A stretch of 64,000 nt of DNA from Octopus vulgaris (GCA_951406725.2 OX597824.1:77004001-77068000); one strand, 5' to 3'. Numbered from the stretch's first letter, positions 11,649 through 24,285 are shown. A program made the numbers and translations. The notes: generated by a model from the letters alone, not told the origin.

Positions 11649-11859
11649 ACATTATTTACATTATAGTTAGCGACTCTATCTAAGAATATCTGAAGAAGGA
11701 ATATTATTCCGAAATATCATATCAGACTATGGATGACTAAATTACAACAGGTATATAGCCCATTGTCTGTATTATAGTGCATTGTTGTACCATTCAAAAC
11801 TTTTTATTCTTTACAAACAATACACAATGCTTCAAGCGAACTACAATATTCTCCTAATG

Positions 11860-11927
<68 letters not shown>

Positions 11928-12135
11928 AAGAAGAAGAAGAAGAAGAAGAAGAAGAAGAAGAAGAAGAAGAATAACAATAACAACATCGAAAAATACCTCA
12001 GGAATGAGAACTCAGGCTCGAAATTTCACCAAGACACCTGATGAAGGCTGGAGGGCGAAACGTTGTATTAACAAACAAGATGAGGATAAATATCCGTCGA
12101 ATAATGTACCTAAGTCCTCATCTCTTAAATATAGA
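11649..12135 (+). mobile_element. Penelope-like pseudo-LTR insert with two hammerhead cores and (AAT)n(AAG)n
   Basis: Flanked by the 12-bp direct repeat atcttattgaat (11637-11648, 12136-12147). CTGAAGA...GAAA at 11690 and CTGATGA...GAAA at 12038. Confidence 0.6.
11686..11722 (+). ncRNA. Minimal type-I hammerhead ribozyme (predicted)
   Basis: auau-CUGAAGA-A-GGAAU(auu)AUUCC-GAAA-UAUC-auau: 4-bp stem I, 5-bp stem II, palindromic minimal stem III, AUC cleavage triplet. Activity untested. Confidence 0.65.
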
Positions 12136-13919
12136 ATCTTATTGAATCTAACAACATTTTTATAACAAATTATACTATGCCTATTGAAGAGGCCAAAAGT
12201 CAACAATGTGTTGAAGTATTGAATGAAAAGAATCTAACCCTTTTAATCCAATCTCTTGTCGCCACATAAACTCAATATTTTAGTGAGGAGATAACCCAAT
12301 TTTTTTAATGGGGTGAGGTAACCAAAAATGTACCAACCCGACAACGTTTCAACGCCGTCTAGATCCTCGTCTTCTGAATTCAGTTTCAGTGTTGTTTAAC
12401 CCTAGGCAAACCAGATCGAACAGACCGGTGATCAAAAGCATTCTACTCATGATTATATAATCTTTTGCAGGGCACAGTGTATTGAGGATCACATTGTCTA
12501 ATGTTCCATCACACTCCACTCTTTTAAGCTCTTAACATGCACATTTTTTCTTCAATTTCCATGCAAAAAAAAAATATTTTTTCTAATCATTTATTTTGAA
12601 CCTGTATATAAGGCAGAATATGTACACAAATTACTTTGGATCAGTTAGGATCTATTATGAAGTTACTGATAGAAACGATGTTATACCTGTTTTCTATCAT
12701 TATGACAGAAAACTTGAATAACATCAGGAACGAAGTATTTTGGATTAGAAATAAATGACTGATACCTCAGAGAACAGTGAACGTATATTTTCGTTCAAAA
12801 TATATATTTACTAGATATCCCTGAACGAAAATATACGACATAATATGTTAGGAGGTTAAGACACTGTAGTGTAATTTGAGTTAAGGTTTATGCTAATTCT
12901 AGGAAGTAGAGTGTCCACAGAGAGGTGCACTCGCTGACTAGTTCTAAATGAAGACTGCTTTTTGGCGGTCTTTTTCTTTTTATTGCAGTGTATTTAAAGC
13001 TGGCTGCAAGGTGAAATAATTATCACATGGGATTCGTTTTTGTTCGATTGCACCGGTTTATTAGCTCTCACGTCGATTAGCTGGCAAATCTGCAGAAAAA
13101 TATATTTTGAACCGACATGCGAAATACAGAAGAAATTGTACAGAATGTTTTGTTCTATATAAGATACACGTACGCTGATTGCAAATAGTCAATTAATTTG
13201 ATTGCGATACGTCTGATTAGCAAGATAACATTATCGTTAATTATAAAAAGGAATGGGGTTTCAATTCTGGAGTCAAGAAAAGTTGCTCGAAATACAGTAA
13301 AATGTTTTGAAACAGAAGTAAAGACAGTGTTTTAGAAGGGGCGTTGATGTAGTACATACACACGTTAGAACACTATGTGTGTACGTCTGTATATCTGAGT
13401 GTGTATTTATGTATGCGCTTTTGTATACATGCAAGTGGATCTGCAGATGTTTACAATAGAGCATTGAGTGCACTAAACGTATTGACATGCAAGTGAGTCG
13501 GCAGATGTACACAAAAAGTGCATATATTTATGTGTGCGTACAACAGACGTTGTGTTGAAGTATTCGTACATTATGAAATATATTTAGCCGACACATACTA
13601 TCGATAAAAGCAAGTTTTTCACTTGCTATCAATGCAGGTATGTTAAACACTAGCTTTCATTGATATCTCGGCATTATGCTTTCGACGAAGAAAATTCTAT
13701 TCCGTTCTGTTGCAAAGATATCGAAAGAGGTATAAACTTGTAAAAGCTATTGTCTGTAAAGGCAGGACATATGATATTGCAGCGTTGACCTGGGCTGTAG
13801 TACTTTTATATTTCGTTGCAACACTGTCATGATTTGATTTCATCTCTGAGCTGTACTGGAGGTTGTAATAGGTTATGATACATTCGCTGTCGCAATGAAC
13901 CTTCTCTGTTGGCTAACAA

Positions 13920-14242
13920 TGAAGGTGCGTAGCTTAGTGGTTAGGGTAATTGGCTCACGATCGTATGGTCGTGAGCTCGATTCCCAGTGGCGTGATGTGT
14001 CCTTGAGCAAGAGACGTTATTTCGGGTTGTTCCAGTCCACTCAGCTGGCAAAAATGAGTAGTACCTGTATTTCAAAAGGCAGGCCATGTCACATTCTGTG
14101 TCACGCTGAATCTCCCCGAGAACTACGTTAAGGGTACACGTGTCTGTGGAGTGCTCTGCTACTTGCACGTTTAATTTCACGAACAGACTCTTCCGTTGAT
14201 CGGATCAACTGGAACCCTCGTCGTCGTAACCGACGGAGTACC
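13920..14242 (+). mobile_element. SINE-C, tail type 2
   Basis: Same head and core as 11356-11571, then gtacctgtatttcaaa...ggaaccctcgtcgtcgtaaccgacggagt. Confidence 0.85.
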
Positions 14243-14425
14243 ACTTTCCATATACATATATATATTTCCAACACATTATTATTTTTATTATCAGCTTTTA
14301 ATCTTCAGTTAAATAAATTTTCTTTCTCTTTTCCAAGCAATGACATTTGACCAAGTATCAGGTGTGTTCTCCTCAATGCAGTACTAAGTCCTTGACAGAA
14401 TAGAATCTTCCTCAATATCAGTTCA

Positions 14426-14845
14426 CTCTCTTTTACTCTCTTTTACTTGTTTCAGTCATTTGACTGCGGCCATGCTGGAGCACCGCCTTTAATCGAGCAA
14501 CTCGACCCCGGGACTTATTCTTTGTAAGCCCAGTACTTATTCTATCGGTCTCTTTTGCCGAACCGCTAAGTTACGGGGACATAAACAAACCAGCATCGGT
14601 TGTCAAGCAATGCTAGGGGGACAAACACAGACACACAAACATACACGCACACACACACATATATATATATATATATGCATATATACGACGGGCTTCTTTC
14701 AGTTTCCGTCTACCAAATCCACTCACAAGGCTTTGGTCGGCCCGAGGCTATAGTAGAAGACACTTGCCCAAGGTGCCACGCAGTGGGACTGAACCCGGAA
14801 CCATGTGGTTTGTAAGCATGCTGCTTACCACCCAGCCACTCCTGC
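14426..14845 (-). mobile_element. SINE-B
   Basis: Full-length reverse copy with CpGs largely intact. Confidence 0.9.
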
Positions 14846-15063
14846 TCATTCACAAAGAGATCAAGTGAAAATTTTCAACTGACATTAAGAATGAACCTTC
14901 TTTCCTTTGTCCTTAACTACACATCAATTAGGCTCGACAAATATTGCATTAACTAACGCCTACTTAGTAATTAACGGAATGACACTAATCATTTATGTCC
15001 CGATCAGTATGTATAAATATGTGTTGATGCGGACAAAACGTCCACACAAACACATATTCCGCA

Positions 15064-15256
15064 CATACATTCATATACATACATACATACATACATACAT
15101 ACATACGTACGTACGTACATACATACATACATACATACATACATACATACATACGTACGTACATACGTACATACGTACGTACATACATACATACATACAT
15201 ACATACATACATACATACATACATACATACATACGTACGTACATACATACATACAT
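15064..15256. repeat. (TACA)n/(TACG)n microsatellite
   Basis: Directly visible tetranucleotide array. Confidence 0.95.
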
Positions 15257-15382
15257 ATTTGTGTGTGTTTGTGTATATTCCAAATTTATGTAAATGTCTA
15301 TAGAATAATACATCAGTTTCAACTTTAATCAACTGATACACACACACACACGCACACATACAAATATATATTATATATATAT

Positions 15383-15584
15383 GTGACCGCGTGTGTTTCG
15401 TTGGCGATTTTTTCCCTCCGTCTTCCTTTTTTTGGATCTTTCCTTTTCCTATGTTTCTGACGAAGAGTTTCGCTCGAAACGTTAAAGCCTCCTTCTTTCC
15501 TTCTTTCCTGAGCGTCCAATAATACTATACTTGTTCCACGTACTCGCGTTGTTGTGTTTTCTCTTTGTGTTTTCATGTTTGGAT

Positions 15585-15590
<6 letters not shown>
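15383..15590 (+). mobile_element. Penelope-like cassette with hammerhead core, embedded in (TA)n
   Basis: gttt-CTGACGA-a-GAG(tttcg)CTC-GAAA-CGTT-aaa at 15453-15488. The same family occurs inverted at 45064-45285. Confidence 0.65.
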
Positions 15591-15635
<45 letters not shown>

Positions 15636-15713
15636 ATGTATGTATGTATGTATTGAAATGTGGCAGAATGGTAGAAAATGCTGAAAAGTAGCACCCATGG
15701 TTGATATGAATGA

Positions 15714-15934
15714 TCCTTTCGTTACTGCATTTATTTTGAGATGCTCAGTGTTTCTTTCAATTACTTTATATATAGCAAAGAATTTAGTAAAATAACATCG
15801 TTATCATTGAGCTAGTGTTAGGAACATAAATTGTGACTAAGATTTGGTGGAAGATTTGAAATCAAAACTTATGAAAACAAGACATTTATACTAAAGAGCC
15901 AGAGCCGGTTTCACCCGGGTTGGTAACGAAAGGG
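15714..15934. mobile_element. piggyBac-type MITE
   Basis: (t)cctttcgttac ... gtaacgaaaggg|TTAA. The left TTAA has decayed. Confidence 0.7.
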
Positions 15935-15971
15935 TTAAGTGATCCCAACTAATTTGACCACCACCACTACC

Positions 15972-16044
<73 letters not shown>

Positions 16045-16462
16045 TAACTACCACTACTACTAATACTACTACTACAAAAAAAAGTCGACAATAGTACAAT
16101 ATTTAGGCCAAGAGGAAACAGAACTCGCCTTTTCACATTTAAATTTGACGATTATCAATCATAAGAATATGAAATTAGAAAAAGGACGCGGATCTTACAG
16201 AGAAGGTAAATAGTAGTAAATCTATAGTAAACAAAGAAGATACTATTTTGGGAATGCCACTGTCATAAGTGGTAGAAATATAAACAACCAAATAATGAAC
16301 AGTTAATAATTTCGTTCATTCTACAGACATTGACAAGCACTGACGACTTTGCAAACGCCAATATATTTGCATACGGTGATCAGAAGTCTTTCGTTTATGT
16401 AAGCAGCAATTCGTCTTTGTGTGTCTCAGATATTATGTTTTCCGTATTTCTATAACCTTGAA

Positions 16463-17210
16463 AGGCGGCGAACTGACTGAATCGTTAAGCGCACCGAACA
16501 CACAAAAAAAAAAAAAAAAAATGCTCGGCAGAATTTCTTCTATCGTTTACGTTGAGTTCAAATTCTGCCGGGGTCAACCTTGTCTTTTATTCTTCCGAGG
16601 TCGATAAAATAAGTGCTAAATTGAGCACTGGGGTCTCCCCTGCTCTAAAAGTGCTATCCTTGTGGCAGAATCTTTAGCAGGCCAAGGTTGCGAGTTGACC
16701 GAAATGTTAGCACGTCGGGCAAAATGCTTAGCCATATTTCGTCTGTTTTTTACGTTCTGAGTTCAAATTCCGTCGAGGTCGACTTTGCCTTTCATCATTT
16801 CGAGGTCGATTAAATAAATACCAGTTACGCACTGGGGTCGATGTAATCGACTTGATCCGTTTGTCTGTCCTTGTTTGTCGTCTCTGTGTTTAGCCCCTTG
16901 TGGGTAGTAAAGAAATAGGTATTTCGTCTGCCGTTACGTTCAGAGTTCAAATTCCGCAGAGGTTGGCTTTGTCTTTCATCCTTTCGGGGTCGACAAATTA
17001 AGTACCAATTGCGTACTGGGGTCGATCTAATCGACTGGCCTCTCTCCCTTGTGCCTAGAGTAGAAAAGAATCTGTTGCAGGTCAAACAACAGAGCTTAAT
17101 GGTATTTCTTCTGTCTTTACCATGATTCCGAGTTCAAATTCCGCCGAGGTCGACTTTGCTTTTCATCCTTTCGGTCGATAAAATAATTACCAGTTGAGCA
17201 TTAGGGTCGG
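16463..17210 (+). mobile_element. Cluster/tandem multimer of SINE-A units
   Basis: Four successive SINE-A cores, including a gaaata|ggtatttcg junction at ~16917. Confidence 0.8.
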
Positions 17211-17217
17211 TGCCTAT

Positions 17218-17599
17218 ACTCTTTTACTTCTTTCAGTCATTTGACTGTGGCCATGCTGGAGCACCACCTTTCGTCGAACAAATTGACCCCAAGACTGAGT
17301 GTAGCCTAGTACTTATTCTATCGGTCTCTTTTGCCGAACCGCTAAGTTACGGGGACGTAAACCCACCAACATCGGTTGTCGATGTTGAGGGGACAAACAC
17401 AGACACACAAACATACACACACATATACACATATATATATATATACATATATACGACGGGCTTCTTTCAATTTCCGTCTACCAAATCCACTCACAAGGCT
17501 TTGGTCGGCGCGAGGCTATAGTAGAAGACACTTGCCCAAGATGCCACGGAACCATGTGGCTGGTAAGCAAGCTACTTACCATACAGCCACTCCTGCGCC
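17218..17599 (-). mobile_element. SINE-B
   Basis: Reverse copy with small deletions. Confidence 0.88.
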
Positions 17600-17829
17600 T
17601 ATGGTAGACAAAATTTATTTCACTAAACTTGATTCAGAATGCTACAAAAATTCTATAGCAACAATCCAAACAATACATTGAGTTGGCCAGAATTTCTCTA
17701 TGGTTACTCCTTCACATAGTGCACCTGTCTTATAATGTGACATAGTACCCCTACACTCAGCATCTATCACAAACTTTTGCCATAACTGTAGCTTTATGCT
17801 CTAAATTGGTTTATTTTTTTTCTAAGCCA

Positions 17830-18100
17830 GTTTCAACCCACGCACGTCATTTCAAAATGGCTGAGTCACTGTCACAAACGCTTCCATAAGGAGGAAAAAC
17901 AACAAAAAACAAAACCAACGTTTACGTAAACATACAGGTATATCTCAACTTACGCCGTTTCTAGTTACGTCTTTAACGACTTCGCGTATGTGTATGCGTG
18001 AGTGTGTATGTTTTCTTAAGAAATCAATGAAAAAAAACACAAAAAAACTCTCCTAACTTCAGTCGATTTATTCGATTTTACGTCGGTCACATACGGTAAG
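17830..18100 (+). promoter_or_regulatory. Candidate promoter / first non-coding exon
   Basis: Not repeated elsewhere in the window and CpG-rich. Adjacent CACGTCA, CAAAATGGC (YY1-like) and TGAGTCA (AP-1) at 17843-17868, palindrome gtttacgtaaac at 17920-17931, and donor ACG|GTAAGA at 18095/18096. Motif evidence only. Confidence 0.3.
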
Positions 18101-18198
18101 AAAAAAAAATCTAAAACCAATATTTGAGTGGGAAAAGTCAAAATATATGTGAAAATATGTCCAAACCATTTATTAAAATAGAGATATAAGCTAATAGA

Positions 18199-18412
18199 TT
18201 TTTTACTCTTTTACTTGTTTCAGTCATTTGACTGCGGCCATGCTGGAGCACGGCCTTTAGTCGGAGCAAATCAACCCCAGGACTTATTTTTTGTAAGCCT
18301 AGTACTTATTCTATCGGTCTCTTTTGCCGAACCGCTAAGTTACGGGGACGTAAACACACCAGCATCGGTTGTCAAGCGATGTTGGGGTGGGGGCTCAAAC
18401 ACAGACACACAA

Positions 18413-18481
<69 letters not shown>

Positions 18482-18646
18482 TTCGACGGGCTTCTTTCAG
18501 TTTCCTTCTACCAAATCCAGTCACAAGGCTTTGGTCGGCCCGAGGCTATAGTCGAAGACACTTGCCCAAGGTGCCACGCAGTGGGACTGAATCCGGAACT
18601 ATTTGGTTGGTAAGCAAGCTACTTACCACACAGCCACTGCTACGCC
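18199..18646 (-). mobile_element. SINE-B
   Basis: Full-length reverse copy. Confidence 0.9.
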
Positions 18647-18651
18647 TACAA

Positions 18652-18890
18652 TAAATGCGCCCTTTTAAAGCCTAGCCAGGCTCATGGGCCCGGTTTCCAG
18701 GTTTCAATGGCGCATATGTTCCCCAGCTGGACGGGACGCCAGTCCATTGCGGCATTACTCATTTTTGCCAGGGAAGTGAACTGGAGCAACGTGAAATGAA
18801 GTGTTTTACTAAAGGACACAACGCGTCGCCCGGCGCAGGAATCGAAACCACAATCTTACGATCATGATGCTGATACCCTAACCAATAAGC
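18652..18890 (-). mobile_element. SINE-C, tail type 1
   Basis: Colinear with 11356-11571 and 46144-46394. Confidence 0.85.
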
Positions 18891-19720
18891 CTTTCTATTT
18901 TTTTTTTTTTTTTCGTGTAACGTCACTTTTCGAGTTAAGTCGCACGTTTTGAAGCTACCGACGTAAATTGAAGTATGTCTGTATTTTCTCTCTCGTTTAT
19001 ATATTTACCTCTTAGTTTTTGGGAGTGGGTGTGGGGTGAGGAAGGTGGGGGGTAGCAATAGTTCGAAAATAATTTTTAAAATTTTGGGTGTGGATAAAAT
19101 TATTTAAAATGTTATATTTTTCTGTTTATTTCATTGAATTTAACAATAAATTTTGTGCAGTCAAACATACAAATAATGTGTGGATTTTAAAAGGCAGATC
19201 GTCTCTTGCAGTTACAGTTGACCTATCTTTATTTTTATTATGATGCAATTTATCTGAATGCTTTTAGAAATATTGCTATTGGCAAATTTTTATAGCTCGT
19301 AACTTTTGAAGAAAAACGAATCATCCATTTCGCGATCATAAAGAAACCGGACAATGTTCTGAGCCGAGGCCAAGACCTTACTCCTTTCGTTAACAAAAAC
19401 GGATAAGGATAATTGGATGTAATAGGTTATTGCTGGCTTTTGCAATAAGTGCAACTGGTTTTAAAATCCCTTTGTGAGTTTGAAAATTAATGCATGTCCG
19501 ATCACCACGAGTTTGGAAACTGTTTCATGCCCAGGAAGCATGACTGTGAAAACTAGAGATATACCAGCAGTCAAAAGCATTATAAAATAGAATGACATAC
19601 CCTTCATGTTACTCTTGGTTGCACGTTCTGTACATTTTATATTATTTTGCAAATAGCGGGGTTAGGAGAGTGTGGACGTTAATATCTGAGGCAGATACAG
19701 AGTTTATCTCTTATACTTCA

Positions 19721-20087
19721 TCTTTATATATAAAAGTGAAGTTGTGTGTCTGTCTCCTACGATTTAGATTCCTAACTACTCCCACATTTTGCGGTGCAGT
19801 TTAACCAAAACTGGGTATCTTATAGTCGTGATTCATATCGAGCGATGAGTCTACGATTTAAAAACAAATTATCATCATTTTTTTCCATTTTAATGCATTT
19901 TTCGCTATTATATAAGGGAAGTAACTCTCTAAAAATGTCTACGATGAGTCAACGATTTAAAAAAAATTTACCATCATTTTTTTCCATTTTTAATGCATTT
20001 TTTGCTATTTTTTGGCTATAACTCTCTAAAAATACTTATATAGTTATTTCCCTTACAAACCCGAGCAACGCCGGGCGATAGTGCTAG
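19721..20087 (+). mobile_element. Non-autonomous Helitron
   Basis: A|TCTTTATATATAAAAGTGAAG ... cccgagcaacgccgggcgatagtgCTAG|T. Same termini as 6085-6450 but a different interior, with an internal ~100-bp-period duplication. Confidence 0.88.
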
Positions 20088-21216
20088 TTTTATATATTTT
20101 GAAAAAACATTTTCTTGCATCTACTTTCTTTTTGATGTGGATTCTTCTGTCAGAGTGCTTGGAAGAAGTGCTAAGTTATAAATAAATAAATGGAAAAAGT
20201 ACCACGAGGTAAACGAATATACCTTTAAACACGGTCACAATTTGATACTCGAAAATACGAATCTGCATGACACAGGCAAAACTACTAACGACAGCAACGC
20301 AAATTTGTTGGGTGTTAACAAAAGTATTAACGTGCTAGCAGTAACTTACTGGATAGAATTACAAACTCAATGAAGGTTCTAGATGAGAATCAAATATAGA
20401 AAGAAGCTTGGCAGTTGTTTGTTCCTAAAGCATGCACATCCTTGCCTGAGTAATACCACCAGAGTGGACAGTGACATATCTCCGTTTCATGAAGGCCGGA
20501 AGAGATTTTCATTTTTTCTCAAAGGAAAAAAAAATACGCTATACAGTGAATATAGCACGACATATGTTCAATGCGTGGGATAGGGTGTATAGAAGCGTGT
20601 TTGGTTTATAAAACTGAAGCAAGAATGCAAAACGAACTGGTGCGTTACTCCTCTATCCATTGGCTGCTGTCGTAATATATTAAGCAACAAGACACAGGGA
20701 GTCACAGGAAGGAATATTAATGGTAACATTGCCCCTTGGTTCGACGTCACCTTCATAAGGTGCAAGCAGGTTATGAGTGTTAAAGTGACACAGAATGAAT
20801 GTGGTTAGGTAGAGTTTGCTGAGATATGAACATCCTAATGATTCCCAAAACAGCTATCCTGGTACTGTAGAGAAATTGCTATCCTAGCCTGTTGGGATAG
20901 AGAGAAAAGTGGTAAAACTTTCAGTGCAAGGCAGATACTTTGTCTGTTGCATGTGGGACAGTAAGAGTCACCTGAGGACTTTGTACCAACGGGAGCTGGA
21001 AAAGCAGAATGGAGAGAAAGTGGACAACAGTAAAGCAACTACAAAAACCAATGGCTTTTGAAGTTGCTCTTTCTAGAGCATAATTTTCTGCAGCTGTGGA
21101 TAACGGAAGAAATTAGCTTGTCCTCAGTGCAGGAACTGGTGACTAATGGTTACCTCTCTTAGGTACTATCACTTAAGCAGGTGTGTCGTGGATGAATCCT
21201 ACACACTTTCCAAGTG

Positions 21217-21337
21217 AACTACGTCAAGGGTACGTATGTCTGTGGAGTGCTCAGCCACTTGCATGTTAATTTCACGAGCAAACTGTTCCGTTGATCGGAT
21301 CAACTGGAACCCTCGTCGTCGTAACCGACGGAGGGCC
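21217..21337 (+). mobile_element. 5'-truncated SINE-C tail type 2
   Basis: Matches 14120-14242. Confidence 0.8.
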
Positions 21338-21493
21338 AGTTAATTAAAAGAACTACAGCCGTCACAAACAATCGAGGATTACTTAGATAATGGGAAGACG
21401 ATTCCATATGCCCTTCCCAGGTCAGGGAAGTGTACAAACTTTCTCACATTGATGAATCTTCTCAATGGCGGAATATGAATCCTTTGTGTGTGT

Positions 21494-21538
<45 letters not shown>

Positions 21539-22177
21539 CGTGGGTGGGTGTGGGTGTGTTTTTGAGAAACTGAGACATAACACTTTTCGAGCAAGGGGTC
21601 AGTGTCATTTGTGAGATACTTCTCCCAAACCCGTTACTTTGCCTGTTGTCATTCTCTTGTCAAATGTTTTCCCTTGACTCGCAATGCTAGCAAAAGATTA
21701 ATTATTATTATAGTTGGTGGTGGTATTTTTATTATTGCCATTTAAATTTTCATCAGATTCTTTTCGTTTGTGCTCTCCAAATTGTAACTAATTTTGTTTA
21801 TAATTGTCTGCTTGTTTAATTGTAATTTTTTTTACGGTACATAGAATAAATTGTCTTTATGCTTTCAAAATTTTTTTAATGGGCATATTCATCGCTACCA
21901 TAATCGTGGCCAGCACCTACTCTCACTATAACATTTAAGGTAATTTCACATCATGTGTAAATAATATAAATGGCTACCGTGCCAAAATATATATACACAG
22001 TTGAAAACAATGTTTATGCGAACTTTCTTCTCCACTCTAGGGTAATAGGGTGGAATGCTTAAATATCAAGAGCTCCTTTGTTGGCAAAAGAAAAAAAAAT
22101 AAACAAGAAAAATATCTTATTTTCTTTTAAGTAATCCTGGAAGAAAATATCCTCTAAGCGGTGCTTAGTGAAATATT

Positions 22178-22211
<34 letters not shown>

Positions 22212-22597
22212 TGATGATGATGATAATAATAATAATGATGATATGAAGGAATAAAAAAATACACGCAAAATAAATAGAATATAAATTTTGCCATAAATAT
22301 TCCAAAATATTCTAAAATAACCAAACTTGAATTATTGAAATTGTGAAGCAGTGAAATAAAGTAGGAAAATATACGTATTGACAGTCAAAACAGTAAATAA
22401 CAATTACAACAACAATAGCAGTTATTTATAGTTTTAAATCAGCTTCAGGTAGTTTCTTACACTAACAACACTTGTTCACGCACGCACACACACACACACT
22501 CATGCACATACACTTAGATATAACAAAATATACACACATAAACAAATGTGCATGAAAACACATTCAACACATCAATTGCTGTAGGAAGTATATAAAC

Positions 22598-22629
<32 letters not shown>

Positions 22630-22774
22630 CTGTCTGTCTGTCTGTTTGTGTACCTCTTTGCACTCAATACACATCTCACCGTCATCAAGGTTTCTTACCA
22701 TCGTTTCAGGACTGATGATCAAAATAACAGCCTGGTGCTGACGTAGACCACTCTCCTACCAGCTATCCCATCCT

Positions 22775-22828
<54 letters not shown>

Positions 22829-22931
22829 ATTTTAAAAGAAATTCAACAAAATTGTTATGAGTTTCCGTTCATCAGACAGTTTTTGCTAGAATGGAAATAT
22901 TATGTTCCATTCTAGAAAACTGATGAACGCG

Positions 22932-23022
<91 letters not shown>

Positions 23023-23029
23023 TATATAT

Positions 23030-23218
23030 AGGGAAAGTTTACGAAAATAAACAAAAGACGAAGGCAGATGGTGTACAAACAAACAAATGTATTAGTATAG
23101 CGCTCAAGAATAGAAAAAGTTCTTTTACGTTTCGAGCCTACGCTCTTCTACAGAAAGATACACAGAAAAAAACAAGGAGAGAAAAAAATGTGTGTAGTAG
23201 CTAACGATCTATCATGCT
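23030..23218 (-). mobile_element. Penelope-like cassette with hammerhead-like core, abutting (TA)n
   Basis: Minus 23158-23121: ucuuu-CUGUAGA-A-GAGC(guag)GCUC-GAAA-CGUA-aaaga, with a 5-bp stem I. The core deviates from CUGANGA at one position. A related copy lies at 50050-50235. Confidence 0.65.
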
Positions 23219-23554
23219 GAGACCTCCTTCGGTCATGACTGACCATGGGATTGCACCTAGAAAGTTACCCTCCTAGGCACAAGTTCGGTCAAGGTTGTTT
23301 ATGGAAGACCAGCAATGGCCCATGCATACCGGCCTCCCCTCTCTACGCTACCAGTGTTATCCAAGGCAAAGGCAAAGGGTCCGATACCGCTTGGCACCTG
23401 TGACGTCGCAACTCATTTCTACAGCTGAGTGAGCTGGAGCAACATGAAATAAAGTGTCTTGCCCAAGAAAACAATGCGCAGCTCGGTCCGGGATTCGAAC
23501 TCACAACCTCACGATCGTAATCTCGACGCTCTAACCACTGAGCCACGCGCTTTC
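23219..23554 (-). mobile_element. SINE-C, tail type 3
   Basis: C-type head and core followed by a different tail (...gtgcaatcccatggtcagtcatgaccgaagg). The 14-bp repeat ccatcctggatata at 22768-22781 and 23556-23569 brackets the block. Confidence 0.8.
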
Positions 23555-23570
23555 ACCATCCTGGATATAC

Positions 23571-23795
23571 CTATTTCTTTATTACCCACAAGGGGCTAAA
23601 CATAGAGGGGACAAACAAGGAAAGACATAGGTATTAAGTTGATTATATCGACCCCAGTGCGTAACTGGTACTTAATTTATCGACCCCGAAAGAATGAAAG
23701 GCAAAGTCGACCTCGGCGGAATTTGAACTCAGAACGCAACGGCAGACGAAATACCGCTAAGCATTTCGCCCGACGTGCTAACGATTCTGCCAGCG
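23571..23795 (-). mobile_element. SINE-A
   Basis: Reverse complement of the SINE-A consensus. Confidence 0.9.
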
Positions 23796-23949
23796 CTAGG
23801 TCAAAGGTAAGAGGGCTGTGGAGATATTTGTGTCTATTCTTGACTAGATTTAGCTATAGTTTGCTACATTATACTTCATTGTAAGTGAAAGGGCATGCTA
23901 CTAAGTCATCCTCGATTGTTTGTGACGGCTGTAGTTCTTTTAATGAACT

Positions 23950-24252
23950 GGCCCTCCGTCGGTTACGACGACGAGGGTTCCACTTGATCCAATCAACGGA
24001 ACAGTTTGCTCATGAAATTAACGTGCAAGTGGCTGAGCACTCCATAGACACTGGGAATTTCAGTGTGATACAGAATGTGACAAGGTTGGCCCTTTTTTTT
24101 TTTTTGAAATACAGGTACTACTCATTTTTCCCAGCAGAGTGGACTGGAGCAACGTGAAATAAAGTGTCTTGCTTGCTCAAGAACACAACGCGTCACCGGG
24201 AACTGAACTCACGACCTTGCGATCGTGAGCCGAATATCCTAACCACTAAGCG
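23950..24252 (-). mobile_element. SINE-C, tail type 2
   Basis: Reverse complement of 13920-14242. Confidence 0.85.
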
Positions 24253-24285
24253 ACTTACATTATATATACATGTGTTTGTGTAGGA

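Larger units (their letters stand above)
10952..12334. mobile_element. GGTAC-ended MITE (Merlin-like) carrying nested insertions
   Basis: The left arm ggtacattttggttatctaatccccattaa..ttgggttatctc (split by a SINE) is inverted at ~12283-12334. Degenerate 8-bp TSD aatctgac/aacccgac. Confidence 0.7.

Noticed and set aside
11860-11970. Poly-Ile/poly-Arg ORF 11782-12165
   Set aside because: (AAT)n(AAG)n microsatellite read-through.
13920-13995. tRNA genes in the heads of SINE-C/D/B
   Set aside because: A/B boxes are present, but acceptor stems are not closed and each continues into a SINE body and tail.
20835-21130. Minus-strand YCPTCNRQSICL as a piggyBac cysteine-rich domain
   Set aside because: Only one CxxC, and flanking similarity is too weak to call without a profile search.
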